From Octopus sinensis (lineage: Eukaryota): DNA of 29,110 nt. The translations under genes were made by a program, and so were the position numbers. The stretch's first letter is position 1, and each line of letters opens with the position of its first letter. The notes beneath the pieces were generated by a model. It saw only the letters and a list, made by a program, of their open reading frames with translations. It was not told where the DNA came from and did not search any database. The DNA lies in contig NW_021833214.1 of the NCBI RefSeq assembly GCF_006345805.1, positions 1 to 29,110 of the forward strand, read 5' to 3'. Positions 1-10,216 of the stretch are shown here, in pieces.

Positions 1-107
1 TATGTATATACATATATATGTATATATATATATATATGCATGTATATACATATCTTTAGATATACGTATATGTATGTAGGTACGTAGATATCTATATATA
101 TATACAG

Positions 108-152
<45 letters not shown>

Positions 153-161
153 GTATATATG

Positions 162-192
<31 letters not shown>

Positions 193-400
193 GTATATAT
201 GTGTATATATGTGTGTGTATGTATGTATATATATGCATACATATGTATATATATGCATATCTATATACGTATGTACATATTTACCTATCTATATATATAT
301 GCATGTATGAGTCTATGTATATACATACAATATATATACACACACACATACAAATATACACAAACATATATATGTATGTATGTATGTATATATACCGCAC
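1..400. repeat. (TA)n/(TATG)n compound microsatellite
   Basis: Sequence is almost entirely TA/TATG/CA units; the overlapping ORFs translate to YI/YV repeats. Confidence 0.97.
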
Positions 401-1580
401 ACAATTATTACCATCGCAGCAGAAACGTATACTGCAATTGAATGTAAAGCCATAAAGGCCATATCCCGCGCCACCGCCGGATCACAGAATCTACCGTTTC
501 ATTTGTCATTGTAGTTTTTATCGTGGTCGTCGTCGTCGTCGCAGTTGCCGTTGTTGTTCTTTTTGTTTTAGTTAAGAAATCAACAGATTTTGTGAATAAC
601 CTTTTCTCTAATCCAATAAACACTTGCAGAATATTTCTAACGGAATAACGAAATATTCTCTCCTTTGTTTCTAGTTTGACATAGCTATTGTGTCGTTTGT
701 GTTGTGTGAGTTAAATTTATGTACGTATGTGTGTCCGTGTATATATATATAAACATGTACTGATATATATATATATATATATACACGTATACATAATACT
801 ATATACACGCATGCGTGCATACATACATACATGCTTACATACATTCACACACACACACTCAATACTCTCTCTTTGCATTCAAGATTTCAGCAATGATTCA
901 TGCTCAATATAATTATCGATTAAAAGTTTGCATGCGTTGCACCAGCGTGGCCGCAGACCATACAATGGACGCAGTAAAAAGGATCCTTCTTCAAAATCCT
1001 ACACTATTTGACAACTGACCACTACCTATTAACACAATTATCGGTGAACAAGTTTCTAAACACGAAGCAACCCCTAACATTTGGGGGTTGCTAACGTTTG
1101 GTAAAAAGTGAACAGGAAATATGGTTATTGTCTAAAGGCTCGGAATTTGAAGTCTGCAATGTCTTCTTCACATAAAAAGAATTGATTCGATACCCAATGA
1201 GAATAGGCAGAAAATAGATGTGAAAGAGGATACGTTTTCCTATGACATATACATTTGGAAGCTACAAAACGACCACAAGACAAAATAGAAGACAACGAAA
1301 AGATAAACGTATAATAACTGGAGAAAATGTAATTCTAATTTAATAGATTAATCCTAATTTCAACAGACCAACTTAAGAAGAAGCATCTTCAAGCTTAAAA
1401 CGTTAATATACATGGAAATATACACTTAAAGTAAAGAACGTAAAAGTGGAAACAAAGAGCAAACAAAATATGAAAATAGCGTTAATAAAATCGGTGAATT
1501 AAAATCATTGAATGTATAAATGAGGAGTATACAATTAGTGCATAAAAAACCCAACAGATATTAGATTGAGTAGCAAATGA

Positions 1581-1781
1581 AATGAATTCTACATCGGGAG
1601 TACCACGAGACAAGTTCACACACACGTTGAGAAAGACGTCTACGTTAATAGCTCCTCCATCAAAAAATACTTATGGAAACGGCTTTTTTTTCTATTGAAG
1701 TTACGAAATATTGGGAAACGGAGAATAGAAGAAGCTATCTTAATTAATATGACCAGCTTAGATTATAACACACGAAGATGA
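1581..1781 (+). mobile_element. Penelope-like element remnant, GIY-YIG endonuclease C-terminal half
   Basis: Stop-free frame without a start codon (absent from the ORF track): NEFYIGSTTRQVHTHVEKDVYVNSSSIKKYL...RIEEAILIN...*. YIGSTTR and R..EA..I match PLE GIY-YIG motifs. Upstream sequence (~1040-1580) may be further decayed PLE but is not readable. Confidence 0.65.
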
Positions 1782-3189
1782 AAATGACGAAGTATCCAAA
1801 TCGCGGTTCTGTCAAACTGAAAATGTTTTTATTCTTCTTCATATTTAAAAAAATGTGTGATGAATAAACGATCTAAAACAGGAAACTGAGAATGGAAAAG
1901 TGGAACCATGAAGAAAAGGGGTCATATTAAGTGTAGCATATGATAGGTCGCCACTCAGAATAATGTTTCACGTATAGCAAAGATGTAGTCAAATATCAGC
2001 CAACAGGTTTTCTCATTCTTGCTCGCTCCGACTCCCGAGTAGCTCACGGACGAGTGGAACCCACAGAGTTTCAAAAGTCAGAGCCGAGGCTTGAGGTGTT
2101 GCGAGCCAATAGGGGCAGATTCATTTTTTAATATCATGCATTATTGTGAAGCTTTCATGCAATCTTTTTCGTGTTTCATTTATCAATCTTTTAACTTGTC
2201 TGCTGTGTCACGTCTTCAGTTTATCTCTGTTAACATATATACACAGCGCACAGTTACGCACGCACATATATTTACATATTTACACACACACATATACATA
2301 TCAACCCCTCACCTAACCTAAACAAATTGGTAGTTCTATTAAAAATTATAAACAGTATTCTGGATTAAGCTAAATTCGTGTGTGTGCGTGTGTGTATGTA
2401 TCTGTGTGCGCGTATATATATATATATACAGAGAGAGAGAGTTGTAGATGTATAAATATCTAGCCTTGTGTGTGTGTATATATATATATAATTATATGTA
2501 CTTATATACATGGAGGGAGACAGGCAGACAGTCAGTCAGACGGACACAGACAGATTATATAATACATGTATATATGTATTTATATATGTACGTATGTATA
2601 TGTATATATACATAGATGTAGATATGTACGTTTATCTATGTGACTCACAAAAAGATACATACATAACTGTAGGGATGAACATATACATACACACACATAC
2701 ACATACACACACACACATTCACCAATGATTCTTCGTATCAGCAAGATTGATTTTCTCATACTAATTTAGTAATCAATACTTCCGGTACAGTTATATATGT
2801 GTGCGTGCGCATGTGTTTGAGTCTAAAGAGACAAAGACAGAAACAAGAATGAGAGAGAGAGAGAGAGAGAGAATTTGCGTAAATAATGAGAGATGATGAA
2901 AACGTAAAGGAAAAACCCAAAATAAAAGATAAAAAAAAGACATCTAGAAAAAACCGATAAGAAAACTAGAGAGAGAAAAAAAGAGGAAAAAATCTGTGGA
3001 AGAACATAATTTAGTATATGATAGTTGAGTGTTATCATAGTTTTATATGAGATTTGAGTAAGTTGTCAGATATTTACGACCAATGTGCCCCGTCATTACG
3101 ACACATCACATACATTTAATGATATCCTAATAGGTTAGGTCATAAATCAGTTTAAGCCTGTTTACTTTCACACCGACACACGCACACAC

Positions 3190-3236
3190 ATATATCTATG
3201 TATGTATGTATATATACATATATACATATATATATA

Positions 3237-3293
<57 letters not shown>

Positions 3294-3354
3294 ATATTTA
3301 TATGTTTATATATACATGTGTGTATGTGTGTGTTTATATACATATACATATATG

Positions 3355-3398
<44 letters not shown>

Positions 3399-3421
3399 AT
3401 ATATACATGTATATATTTATA
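3190..3421. repeat. Compound (TA)n/(TG)n microsatellite, left flank of Helitron
   Basis: TA/TG units seen directly. Confidence 0.95.
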
Positions 3422-4247
3422 TCTATGTATATAAAACTCAACTTGTGTATCTGTGTGTGTATCTGTGTGTGTGTCTGTGTGTTTAACTTCCCGGCACATC
3501 TCCTCCTAGCCAACAAATCGTAGAACCACCAAAAATGAGTCACTTAAAGTTTAGGCGAATGAAAACTGAACTGTGCTATTTCTGTTCCGAAATTCATCTC
3601 GCAAGTGCAAAAATCGATAATGTGTTTGTTTAGGCCTTATCCCATGCATTGAATAGTGAACTTTACTCAGACAGCTGTTTGATGTGAACTGTGATCACCA
3701 CGCGTGCAAGCATGCGTAAATTGCATGAAAAAAATCAAGATATAAAAACGATTCGCCGTAAACATTGTAGAAATTCGGCAAAGAAATGAATTTTCGGGAT
3801 GTCGCCTGGAGGGTTTTTTCGTATTAATCGTTTGGACTTCGTGAACACATACCAATTGTTTTCATAACATTTTTAACGCTTTGAATTAAATGTGACCATT
3901 TTGCGTTGAGTCTGCAGTGTGAATCACTTTAACCAAATTTTAGCAGGACGGATTTTTGATCATCACGATACATCGCTAGCGACTCCTTGAAACTCTCCCC
4001 TGAAATCCCCGTTGAGAAATACTGATCTAAAAGAATAATTCAACATGCAATTATTTGATCAACAAAAATTTATGAAACGCTTCTACGTACTCCTATTGAG
4101 AAAGGAACACATAAGCGCAAAAATAGAGGGCATTAAATGCTTGATTTTAACCAAAATAATTGAATTTTGATTGAACTTCTTCCAAGTTTAGCTTAATTCG
4201 CGCGTGCATAGAACGCACGAGCGCACACGAGCCGGTGATACTGCTAG
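3422..4247 (+). mobile_element. Non-autonomous Helitron, apparently full length (826 bp)
   Basis: 5' A|TCTATGTATATAAAA start followed by a TG/TC microsatellite. Subterminal hairpin cgtgc-atagaac-gcacg (4203-4219). 3' end CTAG|T. A-T target with no TSD, as canonical for Helitrons. Confidence 0.75.
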
Positions 4248-4257
4248 TATATATATA

Positions 4258-4293
<36 letters not shown>

Positions 4294-4381
4294 TATATAT
4301 GTTTATTATACATGTGTGTATGTGTGTTGTTATATATATACATACATATATAGATAATATATATTTTATTATATATATATA

Positions 4382-4413
<32 letters not shown>

Positions 4414-4540
4414 GTTTTATATATACATGTGTGTATGTGTGTGTTATATATATATAATATATATATATATATATTATCTATAATATATATATATATATAT
4501 GTGTGTGTTGTGTGTTGTGTGTGTGTGTGGTGTGTGTGTT
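4248..4540. repeat. Compound (TA)n/(TG)n microsatellite, right flank of Helitron
   Basis: TA/TG units seen directly. Confidence 0.95.
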
Positions 4541-4547
4541 GTTTGTA

Positions 4548-4750
4548 TATTCTTTTATTGTTTCAGTCATTTTGACTGCGGCCATGCTGGATCACCCCGC
4601 CTTTAGTCGAACAAATGGACCCCAGGACTCATTCTTTATAAGCTTAGCACTTATTCTTGAGGTCTCTTTGGCCGAACCGCTAATTTACAGGGATGTAAAC
4701 ACACCAGCATCGGATGTCAAGCGATGGTGGAGGAACAAATACAGACACAT
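4548..4750 (-). mobile_element. SINE family B, 3' half
   Basis: Reverse complement aligns with the 3' half of 21423-21780 (catcgcttgaca..., ttagcggttcggc, gactaaagg, cagtcaaa..gactgaaacaataaaagaata). Confidence 0.85.
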
Positions 4751-4783
<33 letters not shown>

Positions 4784-4785
<2 letters not shown>

Positions 4786-4928
4786 AATGTGACGGTCCTA
4801 TAGAGGACGATGTTACTATTGTTTTTAGCCCCAGGAAGAGATCTCCTCCAACTGACCAACGACACATAGGAGATGTTTTCCTGGCGTTAAAAATATTAAC
4901 ATCGTCCTCTATAGAATCGTCACATTTA
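4784..4928. mobile_element. Foldback/MITE-like long inverted repeat
   Basis: ~62-bp imperfect arms (taaatgtgacgg..agatctcct / aggagatg..cgtcacattta), ~20-nt loop, TA at both outer ends. The + and - ORFs give near-identical peptides (CDGPIEDDV / CDDSIEDDV). Confidence 0.7.
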
Positions 4929-5574
4929 GTTGGCAAATGAATTTTACGACTCCGTACTTTTACTGTTTATCTCTCGCTCAGAGATGTTACATGTTTTTCA
5001 GCGCAATACTAAATTTGTGTGTTTATTTAACATTTCAGTATTTCACGCAGAACATTGAGAATTAAAGCAATGGCGTGGCAGTTCTTAATACCTTCCGGCA
5101 GATTCGGTCATGTATTTTGCCTTCAGAGAAAATCTCCTTTTAGACAAAATATGTTTCACATCACGCTCGGTTCATTGAAGTAAGACGACTTTGAGACACT
5201 GCGATGTTTCGACCTCTTCAGTGAAAGCTACCCACGGATCAATAAAACTTAAATGAAGTGCAGTGGGTCTCCTTTACAAAAATAAGCAAATAAATCATTT
5301 GCTAATGTGTGCACGGGGAACAGCAAGAATCCAAACTCTGGCGTACAAATTCATTCTTAAATCCATTCAAATTCATTCCAAAATGATATCTCAATGCTAA
5401 CACAAAGATAAGACACAATGTTGACTTGTAAACTTTTAATATACTTGCTAATTATTGCTATTGACATACCTGTCACCAGGAATGTGTTTAATGGGTAAAT
5501 TGATCTATCCAATAGACTTATACCGCTAAACTTAATGTGCATTGAATCAATGCGTTTGTCGATAGTTGATAGGA

Positions 5575-5632
5575 TTGATGCGGTGCTGATGAAAAGGCAA
5601 TGATTCTTGAAATATGCATATACACCCATTAA
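5575..5632 (+). ncRNA. Type I hammerhead ribozyme motif (PLE-type), canonical core
   Basis: CUGAUGA (5586-92) + A + stem II AAGG/UCUU with 7-nt loop + GAAA (5609-12) + palindromic stem III AUAUGCAUAU (5612-21) + A17 (5622). Stem I is GGUG/CACC, extendable past a C bulge as UUGAUG/CAUUAA. Confidence 0.75.
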
Positions 5633-5784
5633 CTATTTTTTATCTTCGGTCGTTATAACTTCCAGTGCTGGCGCTAAATTTTATAGAAAATCTGTAAAAG
5701 TAAATTTATAAATTCATTCTTAATACTTTCCGCCAGATTCGAATGTTTGCTGACTTCCACTAATCGCCTATACTCTTCGCTTAA

Positions 5785-5933
5785 AAGGCAGTCTGAGTTC
5801 AAATTCCGCCGAGGTCGACTTTACCTTTCATCCATTCGGGTTCGATAAATTAAGTACCAATTACGACTTAATCCGTTTGTCTGTCCTTGTTTTTCCCCTC
5901 TATGTTTAGCCCCTTGTGGGTAATAAAGAAACA
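5785..5933 (+). mobile_element. SINE family A, internally deleted, with TSD
   Basis: gagttcaaattccgccgaggtcgac...aagtacca...gtttagccccttgtggg matches the reverse complement of 8853-9063. Flanked by 16-bp direct repeats with 1 mismatch (5769-5784, 5934-5949). Confidence 0.85.
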
Positions 5934-5979
5934 TATACTCCTCGCTTAAGTCATCGCATACACACGCACGCACGCACAA

Positions 5980-6032
<53 letters not shown>

Positions 6033-6056
6033 CACACGTGCTTACACGTGCACGCA

Positions 6057-6200
6057 GTATTGTCAAATGGTTAGAGAATTGACTTCGCAATCACGAGGTC
6101 CCTGTTTTGATTCCACCGCGTCTTACGCAAGTCTCTTAGACAAGTATCATTTTTCTATTGCTTCGGATGGCCTCCTACCCTGTGAAGGAAACTGTGTAGA
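6057..6200 (+). mobile_element. Degenerate tRNA-derived SINE head/core
   Basis: A-box-like tcaaatggttagag, B-box-like gttttgattcc, then a core-like cttagacaagt segment. The 3' extent is uncertain. Confidence 0.5.
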
Positions 6201-6376
6201 TGGAATCTGGTTGAAAGCCAGTTGGATGGATTCCACCAAAAAATCACATTAGAGGTGCACGTGTCTGGAATACTCAGCTAGTTACCCACCCATAACTTAA
6301 TAATCCTGTCAGTTCAGTTGAAGAAACAACTGAGCACTCATAGTCGGGATTTAGATATCTAAAGGATGAAAGGTCC

Positions 6377-6617
6377 TCCCTGAGCCCCAGGCTCATAAGA
6401 CCGGTTTCCTGGATTCTGTGATGCATATATATATATATATTCCACTCTCACGGAATGGGGCGCCGGCCTGTCGCAGACGTGGTCGCTTTTGGTAGCTGTG
6501 TGGTGTGGAACAACGTGAAATAAATTGCTTTCTTCAAAAACAACGCATCGCCTCGTCCATGAATTGAACCTACGGCCATGAGTATCACAACCTAACAACG
6601 AAGTTACATACCTCCAC
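6377..6617 (-). mobile_element. tRNA-derived CORE-like SINE, diverged
   Basis: 6500-6617 aligns with 10980-11100 (caacgtgaaataaa.tgc.tt...caa.aacaac); the tail (6377-6500) differs. Confidence 0.7.
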
Positions 6618-6830
6618 TTCAAACATACACAACACACACACCCCTCGTTTAAATCATCGCATACAAACACACATGTATATATAGATGTATATGTATATAT
6701 ATATATGTATGTGTATATATATAAATATATATATGTATGTATATATAAATATATATATGTATGTATATATATATATATATATATACATAATATATATATA
6801 TATAATACATATATTATATATATATATATA

Positions 6831-6875
<45 letters not shown>

Positions 6876-6908
6876 ATATTATATACATATATATATCTAT
6901 ATATATAT

Positions 6909-6958
<50 letters not shown>

Positions 6959-6999
6959 TACACACACATATGTTCATCATGCTACAAATTTACACATGC

Positions 7000-7200
7000 T
7001 GACGCTTGGCGCCATGTGTTAACGTTTAAACATCATTATGTCGTCCATTTTGAAATGAAACTTACCTCAACCCGTCGCCGATCACGCAGATCTATGTTTA
7101 CACATCTTTCAAACGGTGAGATTTTAGGGCGTGGTATTTATTGTTATGAGATCTTTGAAAAGCAGGGCGGTCGGGGTTTCTATCGATAAGAAACCATAGT
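7000..7200 (-). promoter_or_regulatory. Putative first-exon/promoter region with perfect 5' splice donor
   Basis: Minus strand GAG|GTAAGT (exon end 7066). Locally CpG-rich unique DNA with GC-box-like agggcgtgg and agggcggtc and YY1-like ccattttg. No coding frame recognised. Confidence 0.3.
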
Positions 7201-7319
7201 CTGGCCAAGTTATCAATATTGGTATTCTAGCTTTTTGTTGCTACCAATACAACTCACCATTAATGTTTGCTGCCACAGAAATCCTATCCACATCCGTTCA
7301 TTCTTCTGTCTCCTGCTTT

Positions 7320-7461
7320 TCTTCCATTAATGCCTCTTCTTCTCCTACTTCTTCTCCTTTGCTTTCTTCTTCTCCACCTCCCCTCCTCCACTTTTTCTTC
7401 CTCTTCCTTCTGCTCCTCCCCTCTACTTTTCCACCTACCCCTCCTCCTTCTTTTTGTTGTT

Positions 7462-7518
<57 letters not shown>

Positions 7519-7655
7519 TTACTACGACTACTAATACATCATTTCTCCTTTTTCTGTTTTCTTACTCTCCTCTCCTTCCTTCTCCGTCTTTTTCTTCGTC
7601 TTCTACTACAGATACTACTACCACTACCACCACTACCCACCATCACTACTACTAC

Positions 7656-7700
<45 letters not shown>

Positions 7701-7925
7701 CATCACTGCTTCCATTTATTTTCGGAATTTGCTTCACTCATTTTATCTGTATTATTATTCTCACTACCACGACAACCACCATCATCATCTTCATCATCTT
7801 CATCATCTTCATCATCTTTATCATCATCCCCAATGCGAACACCACCCTTAGCACCACCACCTCCACCACCATTGATATCATCATCATCATCATTATCATC
7901 ATCCTCATCGTCGTTATCATCGTGA
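7320..7925. repeat. Trinucleotide low-complexity tract (CTT/CTA/CAT/CCA)
   Basis: (CTA)n at ~7462-7520 and ~7650-7697; (CAT)n at ~7780-7920. Confidence 0.95.
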
Positions 7926-7969
7926 TCAACCAAAACAGTAACAGCAATAACGTGAAGAGCTCTTAACAG

Positions 7970-8037
7970 AACGGCAAGAGTTACCTGCTCCCTAATCCTA
8001 CACTGGCGGGGACAACATTGACCGCCATCTTTAACCG
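7970..8037 (+). CDS. Candidate internal exon A, unidentified product (NGKSYLLPNPTLAGTTLTAIFNR)
   Basis: CAG acceptor at 7967-69 (weak pyrimidine tract), GTAACA donor at 8038, GC-rich third codon positions, phase-2 compatible with exon B. Confidence 0.3.
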
Positions 8038-8099
8038 GTAACACATCATATGTAACATGTCCTTCCACCGATTTTTTATTTAGTTGGTTTCTGTTTCAG

Positions 8100-8194
8100 G
8101 TTCAAGGGGACCAATTTACGGAGACAAGAGTTAAGATCGGCTCCACCGATTCTAATACTTGACCCGCCAATGATCGAGTGTTTGATACACATCG
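8100..8194 (+). CDS. Candidate internal exon B, unidentified product (FKGTNLRRQELRSAPPILILDPPMIECLIHI)
   Basis: Strong acceptor tttctgtttcag|g and GTAACA donor at 8195. The only open frame is the one continuing exon A. Confidence 0.35.
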
Positions 8195-8290
8195 GTAACA
8201 TACAAAGCCAGACATGCTATGCATCTGGTTTTTTTTTTAATTCTTTATTTAGAGATGGAAGGACAGCGCTTATAGCTTATCATCTCTTAC

Positions 8291-8452
8291 AGAGTGACGA
8301 TTAATGATGCGGTTTATGTATAGTCTGTGTGAACAATATGGAAGGAGTGAGTCTGGATGCTTCCTATAGCGAGACCTCTGATAGAGGTATCCTAAGAGCA
8401 GGTAGCAGTGTTGAGCCGGGTGGCGGGTGTTTCTGAAGTGTTCTTTCATCAC
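8291..8452 (-). CDS. Alternative candidate exon on the minus strand (VMKEHFRNTRHPAQHCYLLLGYLYQ...INRHS), unidentified
   Basis: 54 open codons, cag|gtg acceptor (poor pyrimidine tract), tct|gtaaga donor, many C-ending codons. Conflicts in strand with exons A/B. Confidence 0.2.
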
Positions 8453-8852
8453 CTGTCAATGTGTTTTATTTCTGTTTCCTGGAATTGTTAAAGTTGTTCT
8501 TTTTTTCTTGATTCCCTTATTGTTGTCAGTGGAAGAGATGGGGTGGGTTTCAAAGACGAAACATTGATAAAGAAAGCAAGAAAGAAAAGATAACGATGTG
8601 TAGGTAATTGATTCTATCATTATGATGGATTGGTGGCAAGCTGAGAGGATATACCTATCAAACCCTGTCCTCACACACACACACTCCGAATCATGCACTC
8701 CCTCCCCCACTTCACTAATACATCAGAAATATGTATCTTTATGTTTATATTTACTACAGATACAGTAATTATCTTGACTTCGTTGAGACATAATTTTAGC
8801 AATTTTTTAAAAGCTGTTTAGAATGATTGTGCGATTTTGAGATTGCTGTGGC

Positions 8853-9063
8853 TGCCCACAGGAGGCTAAACATAGAGGGGACAAACAAGGACAGACAAAG
8901 GAATTAAGTAGATTACATCAACTCCAGTGAGTAACTGGTACTTATTTAATCGACCCCGAAAGGATGAAAGGCTAAGTCGACCTAGGCGGAATTTTAACAT
9001 AGCGGCAGGCGAAATACTATGCATTTTCCCGGTGTGCTAACGATTCTCCCAGCTCGCCGTCTT
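8853..9063 (-). mobile_element. SINE family A, near full length
   Basis: Minus strand head gacggcgagctgggagaatcgttagc, then ttccgcctaggtcgac...tttcggggtcgattaaataagtacca, and tail tttagcctcctgtggg. Confidence 0.85.
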
Positions 9064-9109
9064 AATTTTGTCTGTAATATTGTGAGGTTATTGTTGTTGT
9101 TACTGTCGT

Positions 9110-9809
9110 TATTATTATTATTATTATTATCAGTATTATTATTTCTCTTTATCACAGGTTTTGTTGGAACTCTTGGAGTTTTACATGCGAAGTGGCCTTG
9201 CTACCTGAAGCCTACGGTACCTTGCTATCCGTTCTTTCCAGATATCTAATACTTTCTTGATTATTCTGGTTGTACCTAGGAAGTAGTTCTACTGGACACT
9301 CTATTCCAATTTCTTTTATATTCCCCTTAATGCTTTCTGATACTGTCCCCAAGGACCCAATAATAATTGGCACTATCTCCACCTTCTTCATTTTCCATAG
9401 CCGGACTATTTCGTACTTAAGCGGGTTGTATCTGTCTATCTTTCCATCTTCCTTTTTGACTATTCGTGGGTCAAAGGGGCATGCAACATCAACAATATAG
9501 CATATGTGGTGCACCTTGTCCACCATCACTAGGTCCGGTCTGTTATGCTCTAGCACCTGATCTGTTTGGATTGGGAAATCCCAGAGGATTTTGCAAGTGT
9601 CCAACTCCACCACTCTCTGCGGTTTGTGCTCATACCACGTCTTGCCTCTCCCTATTCCCCCACTTTTCGCGCAGTTTCAAATGTATCACTTTCGCTACTT
9701 GATTGCGTCGCAACGAATTATAGTGGGTTGGAGCAAGTCTAGGGCATTCGTTCGTGATATGGACAATGGTTTCATCCACTCTATTACAGTTGCGGCACAA
9801 CGGAGACAC
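9110..9809 (-). mobile_element. 5'-truncated RLE-type non-LTR retrotransposon (R4/Dong-like), copy 1
   Basis: CCHC knuckle CRNCNRVDETIVHITNEC, then RRNQVAKVIH and KILWDFPIQTD..EHNRPDLVMVDK..IVDVACPFD..PIIIGSLGTV (PD-(D/E)xK RLE). Frameshift in the G-run at ~9657-61, small deletion before LGTTRIIKKVL, (AAT)n tail at 9110-9142. Confidence 0.9.
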
Positions 9810-9852
9810 TTTTTTTTATATTATTATTGTTTCTTCGTCACGTAGTGTATTA
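9810..9852 (-). mobile_element. RLE-LINE 3'-terminal stub plus tail
   Basis: acactacgtgacgaagaaacaataataat resembles the 3' end of copy 2 (acactgtgtaacgaaggaacaataataa). Confidence 0.55.
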
Positions 9853-9855
9853 CTA

Positions 9856-10215
9856 TTATTGTTGTTGTTGTTATTGTTGTTGTTTTTATTATTGTTCCTT
9901 CGTTACACAGTGTAGGTAAAAATGCACCGGAGTCTTTAGCCACCTGTCAAGTCACAACAAGGACCTCAGACAGTTAATACTTTCCTTAAGATGTGCGCTG
10001 TACCCAATAAGGCTGCTTTTCGCAAGACATCAATCTTGCATGGAGTTTCCAGTTGCCTTAAGAAACCTTGAAGTTTCAATGGGATTGAGCCCAAACGCTC
10101 CGATCACCACTGGTATCACTTTTACATTACCCTCTCGCATTCCACACAGTCTTGCCATATCCACTTCCAATTCGGAGTACTTGGTGAGTTTCTCAACCTC
10201 TTTACTCACAACATT
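9856..10215 (-). mobile_element. 5'-truncated RLE-type LINE, copy 2 (different subfamily)
   Basis: KEVEKLTKYSELEVDMARL..VIPVVIGAFG, frameshift, then LRKAALLGTAHILRKVLTV*; AAT/AAC tail. Confidence 0.85.
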
Positions 10216-10216
10216 C

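Noticed and set aside
110-455. ORFs of YI/YV/CV repeats (also at 3.2, 6.4-7.0, 14.7-17.7, 21.2 and 23.5 kb)
   Set aside because: Translations of TA/TG/GATA microsatellites, which lack stops in some frames.
408-500. CpG-rich stretch with open frames on both strands
   Set aside because: No recognisable peptide and weak splice signals.
4503-4940. 145-aa plus ORF and overlapping minus ORFs
   Set aside because: Fully explained by antisense SINE, CA repeat and foldback.
7703-8068. 121-aa acidic minus ORF
   Set aside because: Mostly (GAT)n low complexity; the unique part is treated under the exon-island finding.
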